Both the position numbers and the translations under genes were made by a program. This document shows positions 55,716 through 64,000 of a stretch of 64,000 nt of DNA, piece after piece. Source of the DNA: a virus (taxonomy: Duplodnaviria; Caudoviricetes); IMG/VR virus record IMGVR_UViG_3300029288_000006, positions 1 through 64,000 of that record, one strand, 5' to 3'. The first letter of the stretch is position 1, and each line of letters starts with the position of its first letter. The notes under the pieces were generated by a model that was given only the letters and a program-made list of their open reading frames with translations, searched no databases and was not told where the DNA came from.

Positions 55716-56174
55716 CTATTCTAAAACTTCTATCCTGTCTACCTCATATCCCGAATCACCAATATAAATTGGCATAATATACCATTGAATATAATGGAGT
55801 TTAATTTTAATACTATTAGTTCTAACGCTATCGGCAAGCACAATCAAATCAGGTCTTGATTTTCGTATGGTGAAATCAAATGGTTCTTGTAATGCTGACA
55901 TATTGCCAGTTCCTGCCTGTATCTGACCCTCAATGGTTTTAAAAATAATTCCCTTTTCTGCCATCTTAGTTATATACCCCGTGCGTTCACCTACGCTATA
56001 CCCACGGTATAAACCTTCAAATTTTAAGGGGAGATATGCAAACATAGATAACCCAATCCATAGTGGAACTACAATACCAAGACTACTAAAAATTTCTCCA
56101 TCACGTATACCCAACTTGATTATAAAAAATCCACATATCAAAGCAACCAGCGTAAAAAGAATAATAGTAAACAT
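55716..56174 (-). CDS. Membrane-anchored protein, YSxGxRxG..KGxxFKTxEG family
   Basis: Two TM segments, then YSVGERTGYITKMAEKGIIFKTIEG. Confidence 0.65.
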   Translation of the reverse strand: MFTIILFTLVALICGFFIIKLGIRDGEIFSSLGIVVPLWIGLSMFAYLPLKFEGLYRGYSVGERTGYITKMAEKGIIFKTIEGQIQAGTGNMSALQEPFDFTIRKSRPDLIVLADSVRTNSIKIKLHYIQWYIMPIYIGDSGYEVDRIEVLE

Positions 56175-56220
56175 ATGGAATCTCCCGTATTATATTGTTT
56201 AAACTATTTTTTCTATCTCT

Positions 56221-56442
56221 CTACTTAATCATCAGTTTCTTGCCAATCTCCAACTCCATACCGTTTCTCGGTTTGAAGGGTAGAACATCAGAGAACCTAT
56301 TTTCCCGTGCATATAGAGCCTTTCTGATAGCATTGGCACGGGTAAGAAACGTTGTGGTAGCGAGAATCTTGTGGTTCTTGTCACGCACTACAAACAGTCC
56401 ATCAACACCGGGTTTAAGATTCATACCATGTGAATTAACCAT
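56221..56442 (-). CDS. Hypothetical protein
   Basis: GGAGG RBS. Confidence 0.55.
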   Translation of the reverse strand: MVNSHGMNLKPGVDGLFVVRDKNHKILATTTFLTRANAIRKALYARENRFSDVLPFKPRNGMELEIGKKLMIK

Positions 56443-56682
56443 TGTGAAACCCTCCAGGAATAAGAGTGAAAGATAAAAACCGTTTAATTACTTAAAACTA
56501 ATTCCTACTTAACCTAAACTATCTAATTTATCCACCAATCTATCATTTTCTTCCTTTAATTCTGTATACTTCAACTCACTCTCCAATATCTCCACAACCT
56601 CATCAATATTATACAATGGATGTGACTCTAAAATTCTAATCGCACAACGCTCAAGTTCTGGTAGCAAAAGCATATCTCCCTA

Positions 56683-57054
56683 TTAACTTACACATGTTAA
56701 TGTAACCCGCTCAGAATAATACCCATTTGAACTCCCATACCATCTAATCGTTACAGAACCTTTAATAGTGGAGAGTAAATAAAATGTCCAGGTGAAACTA
56801 CATTGATTTTGTGGTACTTCTACTCCTTGTGGATTTTCACCTACAAATATAGATTCTTCCGCAATAACAATTGGTATGCCAATCAAATCATCCAGATCGC
56901 CGCATATATCTTCAATATAAACAGATTCACAACAATCTTGTTCATGATACATTTCAAATTTTATTCCATCTACAGTAGTAAAAATCATCTTTGCATCACC
57001 AATTGAACCAATAATACTAGTAAAAGTTTTGCCGACTAAAGATTTAAATTTCAT
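56683..57054 (-). CDS. Conserved phage protein, HxQDCCE..SNGYYS family
   Basis: YHEQDCCESVYIEDI.GDL..WTFY..IRWYGSSNGYYSE. Confidence 0.75.
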   Translation of the reverse strand: MKFKSLVGKTFTSIIGSIGDAKMIFTTVDGIKFEMYHEQDCCESVYIEDICGDLDDLIGIPIVIAEESIFVGENPQGVEVPQNQCSFTWTFYLLSTIKGSVTIRWYGSSNGYYSERVTLTCVS

Positions 57055-57284
57055 GTTGATCCCACCCTTCTGATAGCATTGGAATTTTTATCCCCCCCAT
57101 CCTTGCTGGTATTAATACATTCATCACATATCGTCCACGGCCATGAGTTATCTATCAGTATATCGGGAACCCACTTACCGCAACACCCACAATGACCACC
57201 TATTTGAATATCACTTGTAACAATATCAATAACAATTTCTCGAAGTATTCTTCTTATCCATCGCATCATATTCATACCCTCCAT
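57051..57284 (-). CDS. Small zinc-binding protein, first gene of the leftward arm
   Basis: CGCC..CDEC; GGAGG RBS before the internal Met. Confidence 0.55.
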   Translation of the reverse strand: MEGMNMMRWIRRILREIVIDIVTSDIQIGGHCGCCGKWVPDILIDNSWPWTICDECINTSKDGGDKNSNAIRRVGST

Positions 57285-57333
57285 ATATATTTACCATCAT
57301 TTTATCGAATCCGTACCGCGTCTGACGGTTAAA

Positions 57334-57362
57334 ATTATAACACACCGGGAAACCGATGTCAA
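57334..57362 (-). promoter_or_regulatory. Perfect consensus sigma70 promoter driving the leftward arm
   Basis: TTGACA-N17-TATAAT with extended TG and an upstream A-tract. Confidence 0.92.
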
Positions 57363-57913
57363 GTACTTTTTTTGACCCGTCACCCAAAACCACCCACTAA
57401 CCCCGACGTAAACCGTTGTCGCCCACCGCCGAAAAGAATTTTGATACTTTTTTACTTTAACCGACACAATTAAAATATTCAAATATATCCGAATCCGACT
57501 TAAATCCAGATTTTACAAAGATTTGACGAAAAGTATAATATTCAGAACTTTATATTTATTATATAGTGAAATTAAGCCCAGTTACGTATGGGAAAATAGT
57601 TCTGTAACACATACCACACAATTACCTCATTATCTGGATACCTAACTTACCTATCTCACTGTCTCCTTACCACAATACATCACATACTATCTGCCACACA
57701 TCTTACCTTCCCATCTTACCTCACCTAATTTGCAACTCTAATTAGCACCGCTTGGATTGACTCGTAATTATACTACCTCTCTGCTACGTAATATATAAGA
57801 TTGACATGACTATTATTGTAATTATTATCACAACTATTACTCTAATTATTACTATAACTATTACTATCACACTTATTATAGCTATTATTTCCCCTATTAT
57901 CCCTAATTTTGTA

Positions 57914-58010
57914 TGCATAATTATTCACAGTTATCTATTAAATCGCTACAATTATGCATAATTATTCATATTCTCTGCATACCTATACCTGTTAATTGCA
58001 TAATTATTCA
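57914..58010. repeat. Three exact 14-bp direct repeats TGCATAATTATTCA
   Basis: Copies at 57914, 57955 and 57997 (41-42 bp spacing). Confidence 0.9.
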
Positions 58011-58185
58011 TATAATACTTTATAACCCTATAAATATTTAATATTATAATTATAATTACAACCCATTACTATTATTCTATTTATATCTTACCTTTACTTT
58101 AATACTTTATTGTTAATTGTACACGATCTCGATAAAAACCCGTAACCGTCTAACTCTCGATTTTACAAACACTTACAAAAAACCC

Positions 58186-58213
58186 TTGGACGATCAAAAT
58201 CTTGTGGTATATT
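58186..58213 (+). promoter_or_regulatory. Extended -10 promoter TTGGAC-N16-TATATT
   Basis: TGnTATATT plus upstream A-tract, ahead of 58294. Confidence 0.65.
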
Positions 58214-58293
58214 GTTTACCATCGGCGGGAAACACCGCCCAATCTTCACTTATCACTTATCACTCACATTCACACTAACACGGAGGTATTATT

Positions 58294-58659
58294 ATGGGTT
58301 TCAATCCGAGTGCGCCGAGAGTCACGCCAGTCACGACCACCGCCAAGCGGAAAGCCGGTCGCCCTGTTACTAAACGCGCCAATCCAGCGCCCGCGCCCGC
58401 TCCCGCGCCAAGGGTCACAATGGCTCCGGCGGCTGTTCCGGGAGTAGCTCATGTCGCCGCCGCTCCATCACCCGCGCCAAGCGCGGAAGGGGCAAGCATC
58501 ACAGTGAACGCTCCATTCAGCAAGGATACCGGTAACTACCTGCTCTACGCCCATTTTGATAAGGGCAGGATACTGGCGCAGACTCATATCGCCAAGACCA
58601 TGATCGAGGGTGACCCGGCGCCGTCGGTCAACATCACTATCGAGGAATGTTGGGAGTAG
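58294..58659 (+). CDS. Early protein with AT-hook-like motif and Pro/Ala linker
   Basis: GGAGG RBS; KRKAGRP; PAPAPAP; own promoter and terminator. Confidence 0.7.
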   Translation: MGFNPSAPRVTPVTTTAKRKAGRPVTKRANPAPAPAPAPRVTMAPAAVPGVAHVAAAPSPAPSAEGASITVNAPFSKDTGNYLLYAHFDKGRILAQTHIAKTMIEGDPAPSVNITIEECWE

Positions 58660-58705
58660 TATAACACTCAGCATTCGCGATTAATCTAATACCGATCACA
58701 TTAAC

Positions 58706-58747
58706 AGGGAGGCTCTGACTGCTATGTTGGAGTCTCCCTTCTATTTT
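58706..58747 (+). terminator. Intrinsic terminator
   Basis: AGGGAGGCTC../..GAGTCTCCCT followed by TCTATTTT. Confidence 0.7.
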
Positions 58748-58789
58748 CCCCCGAATTACTACCATCCCCCGATTATACTGGAGAATCTC

Positions 58790-59023
58790 ATGTCTACCAT
58801 TAAAGTTATCACCAAAAAACCGGACGAACTACCATTCATGCTCGCATATGAGACGTATGATGATTCAAAGGTTAATTTTATTGCACATATAACACTATCA
58901 GATGATTGTATCGGGCTCATGAAATGCGCAGATGAACTCATTGATGACAATGTTACAGATCGCGTTTATATCTGCGCGATACTCGAATTCAAAACCGCCG
59001 AGGTATGTGATGAACCAGACTGA
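58790..59023 (+). CDS. Small acidic protein, VYIC family copy 1
   Basis: GGAG RBS before MSTIK; ADELIDD..DRVYICAI. Confidence 0.55.
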   Translation: MSTIKVITKKPDELPFMLAYETYDDSKVNFIAHITLSDDCIGLMKCADELIDDNVTDRVYICAILEFKTAEVCDEPD

Positions 59024-59224
59024 TATACTTGTCCGAAGTGAATTACCCAGCCCGATTACTTGTCCAAATTGTGAGAATACCTATACACTCACACACATTC
59101 AGACAGGTTCGGATTGGAATGACTTTGGGTATAGGTATTGTCCGTATTGCGGAGATATGTCAGACTTGCATATCTCATATACTAACTCTAAACCAAGACC
59201 CAAACCACGGGAGAACCCACTATT

Positions 59225-59452
59225 ATGAGCACTAATTTCGGCAACATAGACGCTTTCCGAACCGCTAATTATACTCCCGGTTCTATTCATACATTACCGG
59301 ACGTAGACGGGCATAAATACCGCTGGAAAGTTATCGGGAAAGGTACACCAATGCCGGGTTCATACTATGTCACGTATCTCAATGGCGATATAGTTATGAC
59401 CGCAATCAAAGCTGTTCCAATGCGTAAGGTACTCGTGAAGAAAGTGAGGTAA
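59225..59452 (+). CDS. Hypothetical protein
   Basis: GGAG RBS. Confidence 0.55.
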   Translation: MSTNFGNIDAFRTANYTPGSIHTLPDVDGHKYRWKVIGKGTPMPGSYYVTYLNGDIVMTAIKAVPMRKVLVKKVR

Positions 59453-59523
59453 ACTGCGTTGCTCGAACCATAGTATATCCATTATACTCACTCTCATACT
59501 CCCTGAAAGGATGACCCTACGCC

Positions 59524-59733
59524 ATGTCTAAAATACCTAACCCCTTCGCCCTGTTCGCCATAATGTCATCCGCATTCACTACATCATATCTCAAATCACC
59601 ATCCCATGACTACTTCTCCAATGATGGTAATGTTTCCGATGGATGGCAATTTCATGGGAAACATAAGAGTCAGAACAAGATTCATAACAATAGTCACAGT
59701 AAGAGTCATAATAAACGCAATAAATGGAAATAA
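59524..59733 (+). CDS. Small protein with His/Lys/Asn-rich tail
   Basis: AAGGA RBS. Confidence 0.45.
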   Translation: MSKIPNPFALFAIMSSAFTTSYLKSPSHDYFSNDGNVSDGWQFHGKHKSQNKIHNNSHSKSHNKRNKWK

Positions 59734-59799
59734 TGGTGAAATAATCCGCCATTATTAATTAATCACTCACCTTAACAACTCTCACCCGGAGGTCTACTC

Positions 59800-60000
59800 A
59801 TGAAATCCCAATTCGCTGTCATACGTGTACGTGAAGATTGGGGCGCGCATACCGAACAAGTCACATTCGTAGACGAATTAAACCAAGCTCGTGAATTCGC
59901 AGAAGATCATATCATTGACTCCGATGATGTGTATATATGCAAAATCATCGGGAAAATAAACAAACATATCACTATTGACCCCGAATATATGGGGAAATAG
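59800..60000 (+). CDS. Small acidic protein, VYIC family copy 2
   Basis: GGAGG RBS; LNQAREFAEDHIIDSDDVYICKIIG. Confidence 0.7.
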   Translation: MKSQFAVIRVREDWGAHTEQVTFVDELNQAREFAEDHIIDSDDVYICKIIGKINKHITIDPEYMGK

Positions 60001-60083
60001 GAGGAAACAGGGAGAAAATAGGACACATACAAACTATTTTCCCTGTAGAAATTTTTAATTCACATTAATTGGAGGGTAGTAAA

Positions 60084-60269
60084 ATGGAAGATAAGATTCA
60101 GTATATTGTTGTTATGTGTGATGGTAGTGCTCTTGCCGCTGTTAATTATTTCACTAATTTGAATGCGGCACGAGAAGATGCATCGGATCAAATAGATGAT
60201 TTTCAAGATGTATACGTATGCAAGATCGTCGGGCGTTCAAATAGAACCATGCAATACGACGATAAGTAA
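60084..60269 (+). CDS. Small acidic protein, VYIC family copy 3
   Basis: GGAGG RBS; LNAAREDASDQIDDFQDVYVCKIVG. Confidence 0.7.
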   Translation: MEDKIQYIVVMCDGSALAAVNYFTNLNAAREDASDQIDDFQDVYVCKIVGRSNRTMQYDDK

Positions 60270-60475
60270 TATCGCTGAGTAATATCACATGGTCGGGGTG
60301 ATTAATTATTATGCATAGTAGTATGAATATGCGCATAATTATGCATGTGATTAATTGCTCCGACTATTTTTTTATCAGAAGTATGAGTTTAACAGGATGA
60401 ACTAATGCGATAGATGTGTGTGATAAAGTGTATGATAATTAGAGAGATAAGATAAGTGAGAGTTAGAATTTATGG

Positions 60476-60606
60476 CTTTAATTAACGTCGCATGGGAAGT
60501 GAGATGATAGACTTATCGCTATGTTGGCTGATTAGAATTATGAATAAGATAATGGTGCTAATAATTAAGATTAATTTGTAACTTTAATTAACATCGCATG
60601 AAGTGA
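60476..60606. repeat. Imperfect 25-27-bp direct repeat CTTTAATTAACRTCGCATG(GG)AAGTGA x2
   Basis: Copies at 60476-60502 and 60582-60606. Confidence 0.8.
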
Positions 60607-60707
60607 ACTATGAACGTATGTTCCCTACGTTGCGTATATAGATTAAGGTTATAGTGTAGGGTTATAGGTCTTAAGTTCCTGTTTATTCTCATACTTATAA
60701 CTTTCTC

Positions 60708-60735
60708 TTGACTTATAAAAGTTATGTGTTATACT
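60708..60735 (+). promoter_or_regulatory. Extended -10 promoter TTGACT-N16-TATACT
   Basis: TGnTATACT; near-consensus -35. Confidence 0.75.
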
Positions 60736-60769
60736 GTGAATGGGGAGAGAAAAACGTTCTTTCTCTTGA

Positions 60770-61018
60770 ATGGTTCTATTAATCATTATAAGAAAGGTTA
60801 TTACAATGAAAAAACTTATAGCTGGAGAATATCCGAATTATAGAATAAAAACCGTGAATATTCCCGGAAAAAAAGCGTATAAAGAATCAGATTTTACATT
60901 ATTTGAGTTAGATATGATAGAATACTCCACAAGGTTATACATGGAAACACAAGAATTAATCCGTGAAAAACTATTAAATAAATATCTTGAGGAACATCAG
61001 GAAACGGAAATTGAATAA
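60770..61018 (+). CDS. Hypothetical early protein
   Basis: Downstream of the promoter; start probably at MKKLIAG. Confidence 0.5.
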   Translation: MVLLIIIRKVITMKKLIAGEYPNYRIKTVNIPGKKAYKESDFTLFELDMIEYSTRLYMETQELIREKLLNKYLEEHQETEIE

Positions 61019-61060
61019 TCAGTATGTTTCACCATTAACAATTTTAGAAGGGGAATTACA

Positions 61061-61390
61061 ATGTTTAATCGCACAATTAGAGTAACAACGTCCGACAAAT
61101 CGGACAAAGGCAAGCGCAATGTTCCGGTAGTTCAATTCGATGATAACGGCACGGCAACACTACCGATCACCGATGAAACGGACGCTTTCTATTTATTCAG
61201 CGGCAAAACTGCTGAAGATGTACAGGACGGAAAGCGGCGAATTCGCGCAACGAATGTGAACGTGTACTTTGGCAAGTACGAAGTGGCGGACGGCGATCAA
61301 GTGCCAGTCGGTTTCAAGGTGACTCTTGAAGCCATATATGAGGAAGTGAAAAAGCCCGTCACAATTCCCCGGAAGATCGCCCGTAAGTAA
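61061..61390 (+). CDS. Hypothetical early protein with GC-richer codon usage
   Basis: AAGGGG RBS; followed by a terminator. Confidence 0.7.
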   Translation: MFNRTIRVTTSDKSDKGKRNVPVVQFDDNGTATLPITDETDAFYLFSGKTAEDVQDGKRRIRATNVNVYFGKYEVADGDQVPVGFKVTLEAIYEEVKKPVTIPRKIARK

Positions 61391-61417
61391 TTGCTTCATA
61401 CTACACTTATGACTCAT

Positions 61418-61459
61418 AATATGGGAGAGTATCTAATAGATATTCTCTCATATTTTTTT
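61418..61459 (+). terminator. Intrinsic terminator
   Basis: AATATGGGAGAGTATCT/AGATATTCTCTCATATT plus T-tract. Confidence 0.8.
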
Positions 61460-61875
61460 ACCACAATCATTATATAATCATGGTAAACTAATTAATAGGT
61501 AAGTGTATGCTGAATATGGGACTTATGACATATAGGTATAGGGGATAGGTATGTGGATATAGACTGGAGGAAATATATGTTATGTTATATATAATATATG
61601 CTCTCAAACACAAAAATTATTTTTTCCCGTAAAATTAGTAAGAGTATATATTAGATTAGTAGGATGATATAATGTAGACTGAGTCTCTATGTTAGTATGA
61701 ATGGTGCAGGGTGCGAAGTAGTAGTAGTATGATTAGTAGTATGATGATTAGAATTATTAGAATTAGAGTTAAGGGTTAAAATGAGAAGTATTAAGGTTAG
61801 AAGTATTAGTAAGGTTAGGAGTATCGGTATATATTAGTGTTAGAATTATTAGAATTATTAGTGTTAGAGTTAGGC

Positions 61876-62079
61876 TTATCCGAACCATTTATCTAAGTAG
61901 TAAATTGCGACAAGTCCGAGTATGAACATGAGAGCGAAATATCCAATTGTACCAAGAACCCAGAGTACGGTTTCGGAATTAGTTTCAGGTACAGGTTCAA
62001 AGTTTATCCAGAGCATTAATAGCATGGGAATTAGACTCCAGTTTAGGTTTGGGTTTTTGATGTTACACCGTGGGTTCAT
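61876..62079 (-). CDS. Small membrane protein
   Basis: Two hydrophobic segments. Confidence 0.5.
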   Translation of the reverse strand: MNPRCNIKNPNLNWSLIPMLLMLWINFEPVPETNSETVLWVLGTIGYFALMFILGLVAIYYLDKWFG

Positions 62080-62348
62080 AGGTTTTAAATATCAAAAATT
62101 TAACGCCAGTCTCCACGACCATAGCATACAGCAATGGTCATAAGAACAGATAGTACGAGAACGATAATATAATAGACAGTGGGTTGCATATTTATTCTCC
62201 AAGGTAATTTTTAATGTAAAACATAAGCTGCTAACGTATAACCAGCAATAAACAAACAAAGAGAATAACACACTATAAATAACATCACTAAACCTACCAT
62301 AATTGCAATTAAAACTTTTTCTTTTAGTTCTGACATGGGAGTAATCCT

Positions 62349-62597
62349 TTAACTTTTAATTTTTATTTTTCTGATTTTCTGTATACCACTTTTAGGATAA
62401 ACATTTACATCCCTATAACTATCCTCTTCGTCATGATAATCATTCCCAATAGTAATGAATTCTTCCGTTTCGTTGATTAATATTCCTGCACTGATTAATT
62501 TAATTGGTTCAAAACTTGTGCAGTCTTTACCAGTATAAGAATTCCGTCCATACTTACAAGAATCTTTCCAGTATATGACAGCGATTGTTTTTGACAT
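62349..62597 (-). CDS. Conserved phage protein (WxD..SxG family)
   Basis: VIYWKDS..P..LISAGILI..P. Confidence 0.6.
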   Translation of the reverse strand: MSKTIAVIYWKDSCKYGRNSYTGKDCTSFEPIKLISAGILINETEEFITIGNDYHDEEDSYRDVNVYPKSGIQKIRKIKIKS

Positions 62598-62617
62598 TAG
62601 AGGTGTCCTTAGTTTAA

Positions 62618-64000
62618 TTATTTTATTTCCGCTAATCCTATGACATATGGTTTGTTATCCCATGAATATAATTTTATAGGTGTAAGTTTTTTGTTAGATA
62701 AATAATTAGATTGTACTCTATGTTTTAGAAATGAACCATTTAGATGAGTGTAGACTATCTGACCGTCAATGATATTAAATGTATCAGCTATATAGAGTGG
62801 GTGTTTGATTGATAGGATTGAGTCTAGATTAGTATTATGTTTATAATTATTTAGAACATCATATGAGCACAATCCAAAGGTATCTATGATTTTAAAGTCT
62901 TTAGCGGCATATCCAATTGCGCCAAGGTCACCAGACAGAACCCAACGAGATTTGTCACCGTGATCTTGTAATAATTTACCAGTTTCTAATCTAGCTTCCT
63001 GGACCGGTGATAAATTAGCAGCGTTGGAATACATCCATTTAATTGAATTAACATTCTGATATAGCAGTATGGGTAATACTATTAGAATAACTTTCCAGTT
63101 TTTAAATACCGGTGCTCCACAAATTAACATGAGCGGTAGCATGGGAACACTATATCTAACCCAATCTGAACGCGGTCCGAGCAGGCAGGCGACTATAGAA
63201 ATAATTATATACACTCCCAACCATCTAACTCTTATGTCCATAATCATTCCAATAATACACATAACAGGAACAATAAGGGCATATCTTACCCATGTGCTGA
63301 TAATTTGCATAGGATTGGATTCATAATAATTAGTGAGTTGTTTGAATTGTACGGCATGTGAGATCAATGTACCATAATATAGATACTTAAATAAATAGAA
63401 TAGAGAAATAATACCGATAACTATTAATATATCTAATATCTTACGATCATGCACTAACCATAATGATAGAATTAATATACCCTCTGGACGAGTTAATGCT
63501 ATTAAAATAACCAACCACATTGAGAGTTCAGATTTTTTATATAACATTGAGTATGCGAATGCACAGAGTAGGGCTGTAAAAAATATTGTATCCATTCCCA
63601 ATATTGCCCACCCAGAAATGAATCCATGCAAAGATGATATTAAAGCAAGTAGTATGGAGATTATTATATTCCCGGAAAGTTTTAACGCACACAAATATAC
63701 GAAACCCGCGATTAACCCCAAGGACAGCATATTAAATAAGAAGGATACCATCGCAAGATTGTGTATACCAACGCGATAGAATAATGCAAGAATAACAGTA
63801 TATAGGAATGATGATGCCGAATCTACCCGCTCGTTTAGATTGTAAACTAACTGACCGTGCTCAGCTAAGTTTATGGCATATCTCATGGAAATTGCGGCGT
63901 CATCATAACAATTTCTATATAATGTATTGGTATTATTATAAATAATTACAACTGTTGTTATGGATATTACAGCAAGTGCAAGCGCAATAATTATGTTTTT
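62618..64000 (-). CDS. GT-C-type polytopic membrane glycosyltransferase (5' end outside the window)
   Basis: Frame open to the window edge: TM helix, then YDDAAISMRYAINL..G.LVYN..ERV...SS.LY; LTRPEG; RY..P; DLGAIGY..IIDTFGL; many TM segments. Confidence 0.75.
   Translation of the reverse strand, partial: KNIIIALALAVISITTVVIIYNNTNTLYRNCYDDAAISMRYAINLAEHGQLVYNLNERVDSASSFLYTVILALFYRVGIHNLAMVSFLFNMLSLGLIAGFVYLCALKLSGNIIISILLALISSLHGFISGWAILGMDTIFFTALLCAFAYSMLYKKSELSMWLVILIALTRPEGILILSLWLVHDRKILDILIVIGIISLFYLFKYLYYGTLISHAVQFKQLTNYYESNPMQIISTWVRYALIVPVMCIIGMIMDIRVRWLGVYIIISIVACLLGPRSDWVRYSVPMLPLMLICGAPVFKNWKVILIVLPILLYQNVNSIKWMYSNAANLSPVQEARLETGKLLQDHGDKSRWVLSGDLGAIGYAAKDFKIIDTFGLCSYDVLNNYKHNTNLDSILSIKHPLYIADTFNIIDGQIVYTHLNGSFLKHRVQSNYLSNKKLTPIKLYSWDNKPYVIGLAEIK

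Noticed and set aside
57914-58010. Mini CRISPR array
   Set aside because: Repeats are only 14 bp with three copies and low-complexity spacers; the Cas4-like gene is the usual stand-alone phage nuclease
61740-61875. Telomere-like TTAGRR repeats
   Set aside because: Irregular and degenerate; treated as skewed low-complexity DNA
1-64000. Prophage boundaries or host chromosome
   Set aside because: No integrase, att site or housekeeping genes; the whole window reads as phage, with capsid, portal and terminase presumably outside it

Overview
64-kb segment of an AT-rich tailed-phage genome (podovirus-like) in the standard genetic code. (1) Positions 1-25834, + strand, late arm: tail tube/stabilisation protein, HNH homing endonuclease, fibre/Fn3 proteins, three ejection-type proteins, a 3315-aa polyvalent protein, a separately promoted cluster of signal-peptide-bearing virion-type proteins, and a peptidase-M15 lysis cassette. 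(2) Positions 25929-57284, - strand, behind a perfect sigma70 promoter: intein-split DinG helicase, ERCC4 nuclease, RNA ligase, SSB, Sak4-like ATPase, Cas4-like nuclease, vWA protein, glutamine amidotransferase plus two COOH-NH2 ligases, MazG, a tandem array of 8 paralogues, tRNA-Glu and three atypical tRNA-like RNAs. (3) Positions 57290-62340: control region with repeats and small early genes. (4) A GT-C-type membrane glycosyltransferase truncated by the right edge. Best candidate for an undescribed system: five virion/fibre-like proteins carry Sec-type signal peptides (three with Gln at +1), and four of them are about 8-16-fold enriched, by manual count against the 3315-aa protein, in the Bacteroidota O-glycosylation sequon D-(S/T)-(A/I/L/V/M/T). 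This suggests the phage exports its appendage proteins to be O-glycosylated. All family calls come from motif recognition by eye; no searches were run.
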